Notes: generated by a model not told the origin, from the letters alone. Shown: positions 1 to 7,932, counted from the first letter of the stretch. The stretch is DNA of 40,789 bases from a virus (IMGVR_UViG_3300014168_000008:1-40789); one strand, 5' to 3'. A program made the numbers and translations.

Positions 1-46
1 TCCATTCCTTTTGTGGGCATTACTAAAGGAATGGATGGCCATCCAT
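1..46. repeat. Overlapping inverted repeat and palindrome at the left end
   Basis: TCCATTCCTTT (1-11) is the reverse complement of AAAGGAATGGA (25-35); ATGGATGGCCATCCAT (31-46) is a perfect 16-bp palindrome. Confidence 0.85.
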
Positions 47-54
47 CTTATCTA

Positions 55-83
55 TTGACTCTGCGCGGCCCATCCCCTATAGT
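55..83 (+). promoter_or_regulatory. sigma70-type promoter of the rightward early operon
   Basis: TTGACT (55-60), 17-nt spacer, TATAGT (78-83); lies upstream of five coupled or closely spaced + strand ORFs. Confidence 0.8.
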
Positions 84-138
84 CAAGATCAGCAACACGG
101 TTCGCGGGCCAAGCCCGTTCCACCAGAAAGGTGCTTCG

Positions 139-249
139 ATGACAATCCCTTCCGTAATCGCCTCCATCCAACAAAACCCGGGCCTGATCCCAATCGCCAT
201 GCTATTCGTGCTCGTCTGCGGCCTCGCTCGTTTGGAGGTGCGTCGATGA
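139..249 (+). CDS. small membrane peptide (36 aa), early gene
   Basis: AGAAAGG RBS before ATG139; hydrophobic stretch LIPIAMLFVLVCGLA; ATGA overlap with next ORF. Confidence 0.55.
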   Translation: MTIPSVIASIQQNPGLIPIAMLFVLVCGLARLEVRR

Positions 250-458
250 ATGCTTTCAGGGCTGGCGATCTGATGCGCTCGTGCTTAGAGCAGGCCCACG
301 CGGTTCTCGATGAGACGACAAACCACGCGCCCCTATTCGTCCAGCGAGCTCAGGATCGCTATTTCATCAGCACTTTCGACCGACGGATGGAATTCGAAGC
401 GCGCCACGACTGGAACGATCCCCGTTTCTTTGTCTTCTACGTGGGCCGAATCCTATGA
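246..458 (+). CDS. hypothetical early protein
   Basis: ATGA coupling at both ends within the operon. Confidence 0.6.
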   Translation: MNAFRAGDLMRSCLEQAHAVLDETTNHAPLFVQRAQDRYFISTFDRRMEFEARHDWNDPRFFVFYVGRIL

Positions 459-667
459 TGCCTTGCCCCCACGGATGGCCAAAACGCAGCTTTTGCCGAG
501 TATGCCGTGTCGCGGATGCTTCCACATCTGGGCACTTTAAATTCGTCGCGATCAGCCACAACGTGCTCCAGGGCCAGCAAGTCATCGCGCGCGCCTGGTC
601 GAAAACAATGGCCAAGCGCATCGCGAACGCCCTCAACAAACACATCCTGAATCGGGAAGGAGTCTAA
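455..667 (+). CDS. hypothetical early protein (CPH..CxxC)
   Basis: coupled ORF with N-terminal Cys/His motif. Confidence 0.6.
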   Translation: MMPCPHGWPKRSFCRVCRVADASTSGHFKFVAISHNVLQGQQVIARAWSKTMAKRIANALNKHILNREGV

Positions 668-670
668 CTT

Positions 671-964
671 ATGAAGATTGATTTTGCGCAGTTATTCAAA
701 CAAGGATCAAACCTACTGGATGACCCGATGAATCTCGGCCCGCTCGATCGCGGTCACTACATTCAAGTCGGCATCGGCACAGGTTTCTATGTGCCAGAGG
801 ATGACTTCCAAACCCTGCAAGCACGCGCCAATGAAACACGCACGGTGCAATTCCTCGGAGTTACAAAAGCAGGCGCTCCGATCCTCGGAACACGCGAGGA
901 GATCCACGCAAACCCCGAATCCACTGGCCTGGTCGCATGGATCATGCCACGCCACGAGAACTAA
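671..964 (+). CDS. hypothetical early protein
   Basis: AAGGAG RBS upstream; starts 3 nt after the previous stop. Confidence 0.65.
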   Translation: MKIDFAQLFKQGSNLLDDPMNLGPLDRGHYIQVGIGTGFYVPEDDFQTLQARANETRTVQFLGVTKAGAPILGTREEIHANPESTGLVAWIMPRHEN

Positions 965-1014
965 CTCGGCATTTGCTTCAACCGCAACCATTAACCGAAA
1001 AAGGAGAATCGAAA

Positions 1015-1197
1015 ATGCTAACCCTCATCTTGAAACTTCGCGCCTTGGCTCTAGCTGACAATGGTCAGGATCTCGTCGAATACGCCCTCGTCATCGCTCT
1101 GATCGCATGCGGTGCAATCGCCAGCGTGGGCGCGCTCTCTACGCAAATCAACATGGCTTTTAACGTAATTTCGAGCGACCTGGCCACTGCTCTCTAA
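1015..1197 (+). CDS. flp: Flp/Fap family (Tad) pilin
   Basis: AAGGAG RBS; 60 aa with prepilin cleavage and Flp motif G|QDLVEYALVIALIA followed by a hydrophobic helix. Confidence 0.9.
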   Translation: MLTLILKLRALALADNGQDLVEYALVIALIACGAIASVGALSTQINMAFNVISSDLATAL

Positions 1198-1397
1198 TCG
1201 TGCTCGGGGATCTCTTCGAAAAGGCGCGGGTCGTAGAGATCCGCGTGTCCCTCAAAGTTGACGAAGCCATTCGAATCGATTTTACGAATCCGGAGCGGCT
1301 TCGCGCGCGACAGCGTGAACACCGGGCCAAGGTTTCGAAAGCGCAGGGGCTTGTCAATGAGCGCGATTGCACGGTTCGTCCGCTCCTCAATCTCCAC
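1194..1397 (-). CDS. hypothetical protein
   Basis: last gene of the leftward early operon; stop overlaps the flp stop. Confidence 0.55.
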   Translation of the reverse strand: MEIEERTNRAIALIDKPLRFRNLGPVFTLSRAKPLRIRKIDSNGFVNFEGHADLYDPRLFEEIPEHD

Positions 1398-1785
1398 GTT
1401 TCTTCCCTTTCTTTTTCAGCGCAGCGGCGGGAGGTTCAGGAGGAAGACTCAGATCCCTTTTCCCGCCGTTCGAATTTGCGCCGGGGGATTTCTTTTCGGG
1501 CAAAGCAGCGGTGTGACCTTCCGGTGAGCCCGCGCCGGCACTCCCGCCGTTCGAATTTTTGCCCGAAACCATGGCCAGGGCGCATTTGCCGCCCTTGAGA
1601 GCGTGCCGCGCGCGGCCTGGCTTCGAATCTACATACGCACCCTGGCAGGCGCTGCAATAGGCCACGGTGTCGCCGGATGCTTTGCTCCCTGGCTTCATGC
1701 CTTTGCTCGTCGGCAGCCAGCGCCGCGCCATCGCCAGGTTCGTCTGGTTTTTATGGTGCGTCCTGAATGCCTGCCAGTTCCTCAT
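1387..1785 (-). CDS. hypothetical basic protein with CxxC..H..C motif
   Basis: coupled ORF; contains a 17-bp direct repeat (1461-1477, 1542-1558) encoding NSNGG twice. Confidence 0.55.
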   Translation of the reverse strand: MRNWQAFRTHHKNQTNLAMARRWLPTSKGMKPGSKASGDTVAYCSACQGAYVDSKPGRARHALKGGKCALAMVSGKNSNGGSAGAGSPEGHTAALPEKKSPGANSNGGKRDLSLPPEPPAAALKKKGKKRGD

Positions 1786-2015
1786 TCAGCATCCTCTTTG
1801 GCGATGCGCGATCGCATCAAGCGCCACGCCTCTCGATAGATCCTGCCTCCGTATTGGCGGCTCTCTGAAAACATTTCCGATAGCAGAGCATCTCTCTCGT
1901 CGTTACTCAAAGGTTTCCCGATCCCCATGTAACGTAAACACAGTCTCGCGGCGATCCGCGGAATTAGCTCTCTGTTCCGCCCCCCCCTCATTGCGGCCTC
2001 GTCAGATCGCCCCAT
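1782..2015 (-). CDS. hypothetical protein
   Basis: coupled ORF in operon; start uncertain. Confidence 0.5.
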   Translation of the reverse strand: MGRSDEAAMRGGRNRELIPRIAARLCLRYMGIGKPLSNDERDALLSEMFSESRQYGGRIYREAWRLMRSRIAKEDAE

Positions 2016-2302
2016 TTATCGATCACTTCGTTAAAGACGCGCAGGCATTCTTCGCGGCCCTGGCGATCGCAGAATGAGATGAAGTCCTTCACCGCACTTT
2101 CTTGCGTTTTAGCTCTGCTCGACGGAAATTTCGAACCTGATCGCGTTTCCGTGAGTTCCCACGTATTGTACGGGCCCCGACAAATGAAAAACTGCCATTC
2201 GGGCAGCAATGGAATCGAAACCGGAAATCCCTTGCGTGTGTGCTTCGACGGAGATCCGCTGGGATCGCGAATCATATACTCCTGCTCGATTTGCTGGCTC
2301 AT
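1988..2302 (-). CDS. hypothetical protein
   Basis: ATGA overlap with upstream ORF. Confidence 0.6.
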   Translation of the reverse strand: MSQQIEQEYMIRDPSGSPSKHTRKGFPVSIPLLPEWQFFICRGPYNTWELTETRSGSKFPSSRAKTQESAVKDFISFCDRQGREECLRVFNEVIDKWGDLTRPQ

Positions 2303-2580
2303 CGATCCGGCCTCGCTATGAAGTGGTGTGTCTTGCCCTCGGTGCGCAGGTATCGCAATAGCCTGGCAATTGTGTCAGCCTCATGCGCCAGCATCTCTAT
2401 CGCGTCCTCTGGATCCAGTTTCGGATCCGTTGAAATCGCGATGTTGTGCGGCGAAAAGGCCAGGATCAACAGCGCACCTGGTCGGCTCTGCTGCTCGCCG
2501 CCCTGCGTCTTCCAGCGCAACCATTGCAGGCCGCTGGCCACATCCGCAGCGGTCACGAAGGGATTATCCTTGCGGCTCAT
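2299..2580 (-). CDS. hypothetical protein
   Basis: coupled ORF in operon. Confidence 0.6.
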   Translation of the reverse strand: MSRKDNPFVTAADVASGLQWLRWKTQGGEQQSRPGALLILAFSPHNIAISTDPKLDPEDAIEMLAHEADTIARLLRYLRTEGKTHHFIARPDR

Positions 2581-2735
2581 TGTTAGCCTTCGCGCACGTG
2601 GGGCAAATGTCGACCTTGAGCTTCGCCTCTGATCTCGCGGGTAGTGTGGATCGCACCGTCGACTGGCCCTTCGCGGGGATAGAAGTTCGCACAGTTCTCA
2701 CTGTCGCAGTGGAGCTGGATCCGCGTCACGATCAT
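2564..2735 (-). pseudogene. small Zn-finger-like gene, apparently frameshifted
   Basis: ORF 2735-2583 (MIVTRIQLHCDSENC...) is coupled to the ATPase stop; the matching DICPTC half lies in another frame ending at 2564. Confidence 0.4.
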
Positions 2736-4261
2736 TCGTTCACGCTTTCAACTTTGCCATCAGAAAGCACGATTCCCACTTTGCCGCTGGAGTCCACGCG
2801 CGCCATGAAGATTTGAAAGTTGTTCTCCTCGGCCATCGTTTCGATGAGTGCCAGGCTGTCGTCGTCGAGGCTCTCGCCATGCGCGATCGGTACCGCGCGC
2901 AGCTTCGGATTCGAGGCCATAGCCAGCGCCACTCCCACGCGGATCTGCTCCGCCTCGCCGAGCTGCAGAATCGGCACCTGGCGAAAGAAAACGCCTTGCT
3001 CGTCGAACGTCAAACCGTCGATCGGCATCTTCGCCGAAGCCAGGGCTGTTCGCTTCTTCTCTTCCCGATCGTCGATCGAGCGCGTGCGCGCTGTGGCGGC
3101 GCCATTGGTTTCGCGCAGCTCAGCCTCCAGCTTTTCGCGCTGCGTGCGCCGGGCAATTTCGCGGTTGATCCCTTGCGCGCGCTGTAACTCGACTAACATC
3201 GGCTGCGTGTCGACGAGCTCGCCTGCAGGCGCCTCTTCGAATGCCTGTTTAGCAATCGCCTCATTTGTGAGCAACGCCGTATGGATCCCCACCGCCGCCT
3301 CCAGCGTTTCTTTCGCTTTATCGAGATCTCGCGCCAGCCGCTCAGCCCTGGGTTCCAGGTCGGCCGCGTAATCAAAAAGCACGATCTGCGCACCGTGAAA
3401 GAGCGACAGATCGATCCCCGGCAGCGTTTCGGACATCGTCTTGACCAAGACTTCATAGCTGGCCGAATGACCCGCAGCAACAATCGCCAGCTCCTCGGCG
3501 ATCGGTACATCCCGCTCCAAGGTCGGAATCTTTTCGCGCTGCTCTTTGATGGTGGCCTCGTTATCGGCGATCGCCTTTGTCTGCGTCGCCAGAGCGTCAG
3601 CCAATGCGCGTTTGGTCCGGAAGATTCCCTCGAGGTTTTTGTTATGCTCGCCGGCCTTCTCGATCCGGCCGAGGATCTCCGCCTCGTCGATCGGCTCTTT
3701 AGGTAGGTTCGGCGAAAACGCGATCGCGTTCACTTGCGCCTCGAGCGCCTTCGCCTGCTTCTTCAGGTCGGTGCGCTCGGCATACTCTTTTTCGATCTGC
3801 CTATTTTCCTCATCAATGTCGATCTCCACTTTGACCAGGCCGCGCAGGATCTCGACCTGCGCTTTCGCATCGGCATGGATGAATGCGATCGGGTCAAAGC
3901 TCATCTGGCCAATGAGCATGTCGAGCACAGCCTGCGGCGTGCCCGCGATTGCCTCCGCCCCTGGCGCCGCTTCTACGGTTAAGTTGGTGGTCCGGTCGCT
4001 CGCAATGGTGCGCGTCGCAATCAAAAGCGGCTTGCCGTCGTCATCGCCCACAACTGCGCGCAGCCGGCTCTTGTCGGCACCGCGGCGCACAGGTTTTTCG
4101 GGAATGCCGCGCTTGCCGGCGAACAGCGCCCAGAGCGCGTCGAGCACGCTGGTCTTGCCTTGGCCGTTCTTCCCGGTGATGGTGGTGACGCGCTTCGTCG
4201 GCACGATCTCGACGATCCGGATCCGCTTGAAATTCTCGGCTGAAAACTGCAATATCCTCAT
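2732..4261 (-). CDS. SMC/Rad50-like ABC ATPase with long coiled coil
   Basis: N-terminal ENFKRI and Walker A GKNGQGKTS; central coiled coil; C-terminal degenerate signature (LGEAEQ) and Walker B/D-loop (IAHGESLDDD). Confidence 0.85.
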   Translation of the reverse strand: MRILQFSAENFKRIRIVEIVPTKRVTTITGKNGQGKTSVLDALWALFAGKRGIPEKPVRRGADKSRLRAVVGDDDGKPLLIATRTIASDRTTNLTVEAAPGAEAIAGTPQAVLDMLIGQMSFDPIAFIHADAKAQVEILRGLVKVEIDIDEENRQIEKEYAERTDLKKQAKALEAQVNAIAFSPNLPKEPIDEAEILGRIEKAGEHNKNLEGIFRTKRALADALATQTKAIADNEATIKEQREKIPTLERDVPIAEELAIVAAGHSASYEVLVKTMSETLPGIDLSLFHGAQIVLFDYAADLEPRAERLARDLDKAKETLEAAVGIHTALLTNEAIAKQAFEEAPAGELVDTQPMLVELQRAQGINREIARRTQREKLEAELRETNGAATARTRSIDDREEKKRTALASAKMPIDGLTFDEQGVFFRQVPILQLGEAEQIRVGVALAMASNPKLRAVPIAHGESLDDDSLALIETMAEENNFQIFMARVDSSGKVGIVLSDGKVESVNE

Positions 4262-4279
4262 GATTCCCCTTTTCTATTT

Positions 4280-4489
4280 TCAATCGGTTGGCGGAAAACT
4301 AGTCACGTCGACTCTCCCGCCAGTCACCACGGCGTTCATTAATTGTTCGAGTTGCTCGTTGAGCTTCGCTATCTGGTAGGCGGTTTCTGCTGCCATGAAA
4401 GCGCCAAAAACGTTAGGTTCGCAGTTTGCCCCGATCGCAGCATCGGGCATGATCTCATCCTTTAATTTTCGAATTTCCGCAGATGTCAT
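4280..4489 (-). CDS. hypothetical protein
   Basis: TAATG overlap with upstream ORF (start 4489; alternative 4495). Confidence 0.6.
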   Translation of the reverse strand: MTSAEIRKLKDEIMPDAAIGANCEPNVFGAFMAAETAYQIAKLNEQLEQLMNAVVTGGRVDVTSFPPTD

Positions 4490-4665
4490 TACCATCTACC
4501 CCACGCGATCGCGATGCAGGCCAGGAAGAAGCCGAGCACGACCCAGTTCGATTTGTGGATCCGCGCCCCGACCGCCACCACCTTGCGCGCGAAAGATTCC
4601 GCCGGCCGGGCGCCGGGCCGAAGTAACTTCACTAGAGCTTGATTGCGTTCCTGCTGTGACACCAT
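4489..4665 (-). CDS. small membrane protein (58 aa; absent from ORF track)
   Basis: GAGGGAGG RBS; MVSQQERNQ...WVVLGFFLACIAIAWGRW with C-terminal TM segment. Confidence 0.65.
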   Translation of the reverse strand: MVSQQERNQALVKLLRPGARPAESFARKVVAVGARIHKSNWVVLGFFLACIAIAWGRW

Positions 4666-4690
4666 GCGGCCTCCCTCGACTGCTTAAATC

Positions 4691-4720
4691 ACATTACGCG
4701 CAAAATGCCACTACGCGCAA
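4691..4720 (-). promoter_or_regulatory. putative promoter of the leftward early operon with overlapping direct repeats
   Basis: TTGCGC-N18-TAATGT on the - strand; TACGCGCAA at 4695-4703 and 4712-4720. Confidence 0.5.
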
Positions 4721-4725
4721 GTACC

Positions 4726-4760
4726 AAAAGTAAGCCCCGCCAGTTACGGCAGGGCTACTT
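4726..4760 (-). terminator. intrinsic terminator ending the late/lysis operon
   Basis: - strand AAGTAGCCCTGCC-GTAACT-GGCGGGGCTTACTTTT: GC-rich hairpin plus U tract. Confidence 0.65.
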
Positions 4761-4805
4761 GCTCTGGCGATTCTCCGCGACCTCCTTTCCTCTCCGTATC
4801 CGTTC

Positions 4806-5024
4806 TCAGTGAGATCCGACGGCATTGTGCGGGTCATGGTTCCCGGCCGGCTTTTTGCGGCCGGCGCCGGAACGCCTCGCACTCGAGAGAGCGGCCGCTA
4901 CAGCAATCTTGTCGGCCTTCTTTTTGCCAAACTTGGCCGCTGCTTTCTGGTAACGCGGGCCGGTGTGAAACTCGCGGATATTCTCGCTAACGGTCGCCCG
5001 GCTCTTTCCCGGCTTCATCGGCAT
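4806..5024 (-). CDS. small Lys/Ala-rich basic protein (putative DNA-binding core protein)
   Basis: GGAGGG RBS; MPMKPGKSRATVSENIREF...AVAAALSSAR resembles small basic phage late proteins; ends GNHDPHNAVGSH. Confidence 0.75.
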   Translation of the reverse strand: MPMKPGKSRATVSENIREFHTGPRYQKAAAKFGKKKADKIAVAAALSSARRSGAGRKKPAGNHDPHNAVGSH

Positions 5025-5086
5025 GGCAAACCCTCCGCAAATCGTCCACGGAAGGCGATGGCTGCCCCTCCATGGCACTTCTGGCC

Positions 5087-5575
5087 CTAGATGGTCCCGG
5101 CCGCCCACGCACCGTAGGCTAGGTGCAATTTGACCGTGTAGGCGGGATCCGGGGCGATGTGGCCGAGGTTCCACACTTCGCCGATATCAGCCAGGGTGAC
5201 GGCATGCCGTGCCCCGATCACGTAGCTGTTGAAGAAGTCGACGAATTCCTGGGCGCAGACGGTGAGCTGCGTTTCCAGTACTCCCGGATCCTCGGTCGTG
5301 AAATTGTCGAACATCATCTGCCACGGTCCATAGCTGCAGGCGGCCGCTCGTCCGAATTGCTGCAGTAGCAGCCGCTGGCCTTTGCCGCCGGCGAGAGATC
5401 CGCCCACATCGTACGCGGGCTCGTGGCGCGGACCGCAATTCAATCCGAGGCTCGATTCGTTCGACGCGATCGCCGCCATCACTCCGCGGCCGTCGAGCTG
5501 GGCGGTCGGGTCCAGTTTCAGGCTCGGCCCGTTTTCGTTGCACGCGATCAATACATCTGCTTTTGCAAAGTTCAT
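5087..5575 (-). CDS. endolysin, lysozyme-like/lytic transglycosylase fold
   Basis: AIASNESS (catalytic Glu), SYGPWQMM, WNLG motifs; in the same block as the holin-like gene. Confidence 0.75.
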   Translation of the reverse strand: MNFAKADVLIACNENGPSLKLDPTAQLDGRGVMAAIASNESSLGLNCGPRHEPAYDVGGSLAGGKGQRLLLQQFGRAAACSYGPWQMMFDNFTTEDPGVLETQLTVCAQEFVDFFNSYVIGARHAVTLADIGEVWNLGHIAPDPAYTVKLHLAYGAWAAGTI

Positions 5576-5964
5576 GCTATCGGCGCAACGGGCGCGTAGA
5601 GCCCTGGATTGTAGCCCGTCTGGGCTCGCGTGTAAGCTGCCGTGCCGTTCTCTGCCGCTGTGAGGTACGCATCGATCGCGCTCAGCGTGGCAGCGGGTAG
5701 GCCCGGCGTCTGTTTCATGGCGGTCAGGACGCCGATCGCGGTGCTATAGAAAATCGGCATTTCCTGTAGGGTCGAATTTCCGGAGCCAATCGACTGCAAA
5801 AGCGGATTCGTCGCCGTCTCGAGGCTCGCCACAAGAGGCTCGAATGGCGCTCCGAGACCGGACGCAAGGAGCGCAACGTTGCCCGCCAGCTCAATCGCCG
5901 GCAGGATACCTTTCAGCTTTGTCCAGAAAGTCGTGGGCGCGGTAGTTAGGGGTGCTGTGCTCAT
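5572..5964 (-). CDS. lysis-module protein, amphipathic/hydrophobic N-terminus
   Basis: coupled between lipoprotein and endolysin. Confidence 0.65.
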   Translation of the reverse strand: MSTAPLTTAPTTFWTKLKGILPAIELAGNVALLASGLGAPFEPLVASLETATNPLLQSIGSGNSTLQEMPIFYSTAIGVLTAMKQTPGLPAATLSAIDAYLTAAENGTAAYTRAQTGYNPGLYAPVAPIA

Positions 5965-6323
5965 TGGCTCACCGCCGGGGTGGGAAGTGCTGCCTGCTTG
6001 GTCCGCACGGTATTCACTGCCGCCTGCGCCGCCGCCTGCGTCGCTGTCCCGGCGTGATAGGCCAGGTAAACCGACTGCGCCGCGTTCAGGCTCACGCCGA
6101 AGTCGTTGAAGGCTGCTTTCTGGGCCGGTGTTAGCGTCAGTTGCCCGCTCGCCGATTGCTGCTGGATCGAGCTGTAGAAGGAGTGAGCTCCGGCCAGGAT
6201 CTCCCCCATCTGCTGATCGGCTGAGTTCGAGTAGCCCGGCGCCAGTCCTTGCGGCGGGGTTGAGCTGGGCGTGCAGGCCGTCAGCATCAGGCAGAGGGCC
6301 AGTGTTGCGAGTGACCGTTTCAT
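5961..6323 (-). CDS. lipoprotein (spanin-like candidate)
   Basis: MKRSLATLALCLMLTA|C lipobox; helical Ala/Gln-rich body; in lysis cassette. Confidence 0.7.
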   Translation of the reverse strand: MKRSLATLALCLMLTACTPSSTPPQGLAPGYSNSADQQMGEILAGAHSFYSSIQQQSASGQLTLTPAQKAAFNDFGVSLNAAQSVYLAYHAGTATQAAAQAAVNTVRTKQAALPTPAVSQ

Positions 6324-6578
6324 CTAAGTTCCTTTCGCCGGTCCTACCGGCTGCAGAGGGAGGGGCGTTTCCGGCGTCGTCATCACCTTGGAGTCAGGAA
6401 GTTCTTTCTTGGTCGTGGACTGGAAAAGCTGTACCGCTGCGCCGATCACCCCGGCTGCGATCCCGGCGTCCAGTCCGGATTTATGGAAGACGATCGTCGC
6501 AACGATCCCGGTCAAAAGCATGAAGAACGCCCATACTTGCGAGTTGATCGAGTTGAGGGATTCGATGAAACTCTTCAT
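6324..6578 (-). CDS. putative holin (2 TM segments)
   Basis: VWAFFMLLTGIVATIVF and AGIAAGVIGAAVQLF followed by a charged C-terminal tail; upstream of the endolysin. Confidence 0.65.
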   Translation of the reverse strand: MKSFIESLNSINSQVWAFFMLLTGIVATIVFHKSGLDAGIAAGVIGAAVQLFQSTTKKELPDSKVMTTPETPLPLQPVGPAKGT

Positions 6579-6844
6579 TGATGCGCCGCCTTCCGGACTG
6601 TTGCGAGCACTTGGCCGACGGTCTTCCAGGCATCGGCCTCTTCTTCGTCGATCGCCGCGCCGGCCGGCAGCAGTTCTTCCTCGATCTTCATCACGATCTC
6701 AATGCGGTCGAGCGAATCCATGCCGAGATCTTCCTCGAGGGCCGCGTCGGGCGTGAACTGCGCTTCATCGAACAGCAACACGCTGGCCAGGATCTCTTTG
6801 GTCCGCTGCTCGAGCTGGATGTTATTCGTGGTGACCAATCGCAT
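6575..6844 (-). CDS. acpP: acyl carrier protein
   Basis: acidic 89-aa protein with LEEDLGMDSLDRIEIVMKIEEE phosphopantetheine motif and C-terminal TVGQV helix. Confidence 0.92.
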   Translation of the reverse strand: MRLVTTNNIQLEQRTKEILASVLLFDEAQFTPDAALEEDLGMDSLDRIEIVMKIEEELLPAGAAIDEEEADAWKTVGQVLATVRKAAHQ

Positions 6845-7046
6845 TGTGTGGCTCGTGATTCCCGTTTTTGTGCTTCCGTTTTTGCGCGATGTGCTTCATG
6901 TTTTCGGCGGATACCGCTTCCTTTTTGCGCACGCCGCCCTGTTTTTTTGCGGCCGCGATCTTCTTCGGCGTCGCCTTTCCAAACTTGCCTTCAGTGCCTT
7001 TGGCTTTCATGCGCGCGGCGGCTTTCTGAATGAAATGCTCAGCCAT
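6822..7046 (-). CDS. small Lys/Ala-rich basic protein
   Basis: TGATG coupling; MAEHFIQKAAARMKAKGTEGKF...; ends GNHEPHNAIGHHE. Confidence 0.75.
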   Translation of the reverse strand: MAEHFIQKAAARMKAKGTEGKFGKATPKKIAAAKKQGGVRKKEAVSAENMKHIAQKRKHKNGNHEPHNAIGHHE

Positions 7047-7516
7047 CACAGATCTCCAGTGCCCCAAAGGTCGGGCTGGGTGCCAGGTAGAAAGGTGCTC
7101 GTCGCGAAGAAATCCGCGGCATCGCGGAGAGGAGTGTTCGCACCCGTATAGACCGCCTGGGCATTGGTCAGGGAAGCTCCGGTGAGAGTTCCACTTTGCA
7201 GCAATGGACCATTGGTTATCCCTGCGCTCCATGCGCCTGAAGTCAGGTTGAGGCAAAGCGTCACCGTCGGCGCACCGGGAAGCACCGTAAAGGCCGTATC
7301 TAACCCGCCCGACACCGTCGCTGTGCCGAAGCTGTAGGTGATGCAGGCATTGTTCGCAAGGAAATCGAAGGTCTTCGATGTAGCGGTCGCGCTCGTCGCC
7401 GCGGTCGTCGAGATCCCCGTCGGCCCGGTTACCTGGTATGGATTGGTGAGGAGAATGTGGGCATGCGCAAGCGCCGGTGCGAACCAGAGCAGCGCCAGCA
7501 TCAATCTGATTTTCAT
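7046..7516 (-). CDS. secreted Thr/Ala-rich beta protein in the fibre module
   Basis: signal peptide MKIRLMLALLWFAPALAHA|H; 2 Cys in the mature part. Confidence 0.75.
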   Translation of the reverse strand: MKIRLMLALLWFAPALAHAHILLTNPYQVTGPTGISTTAATSATATSKTFDFLANNACITYSFGTATVSGGLDTAFTVLPGAPTVTLCLNLTSGAWSAGITNGPLLQSGTLTGASLTNAQAVYTGANTPLRDAADFFATSTFLPGTQPDLWGTGDL

Positions 7517-7932
7517 AAATCCGCTTTCTCCCATGCCGTGGGGTCGAGGATTTTTACCATCTGGCCGAAGATGAATGCCGCGATCACCTGCGGCATCTGA
7601 TGCGCTCTATCGAGGATCAGGCCCACCTCGGTTTCAGAAACGACACAGCTTTTGCACCCCTGGAGCTTCTGCGCCAGCTTCGCCCGCGCTACTTCGTGGC
7701 TCTGCGATTCGCCATTATCCGAAGGCAACCCCACGATCAAAGCTACCGCTACCTCGTCACCGAGGGTCACTTGCTTCTGCGTCTTCACATCGGCGGTGTC
7801 CATCAGCGGCTGCTTGCCGTCCATCCCCTTCAGGGTCACGCTGAAATCGAGCGTTCGGTCCTTGGGCTTCTCCTGAGCAAGTGCCGGAATTGCCATTGCC
7901 AGTAGCGAGACAAATATCAATGCAATTTTCAT
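7513..7932 (-). CDS. putative tail-fibre chaperone/assembly protein with signal peptide
   Basis: MKIALIFVSLLAMAIPALA|Q; LDFSVTLKGMDGK..TLG..R.KLA.K..E..LI pattern recalls small proteins downstream of fibres; directly after the fibre gene. Confidence 0.65.
   Translation of the reverse strand: MKIALIFVSLLAMAIPALAQEKPKDRTLDFSVTLKGMDGKQPLMDTADVKTQKQVTLGDEVAVALIVGLPSDNGESQSHEVARAKLAQKLQGCKSCVVSETEVGLILDRAHQMPQVIAAFIFGQMVKILDPTAWEKADL

Noticed and set aside
1461-1558. 17-bp direct repeat as a regulatory or recombination site
   Set aside because: In-frame spacing (81 bp) within a low-complexity coding region; most simply an internal peptide duplication.
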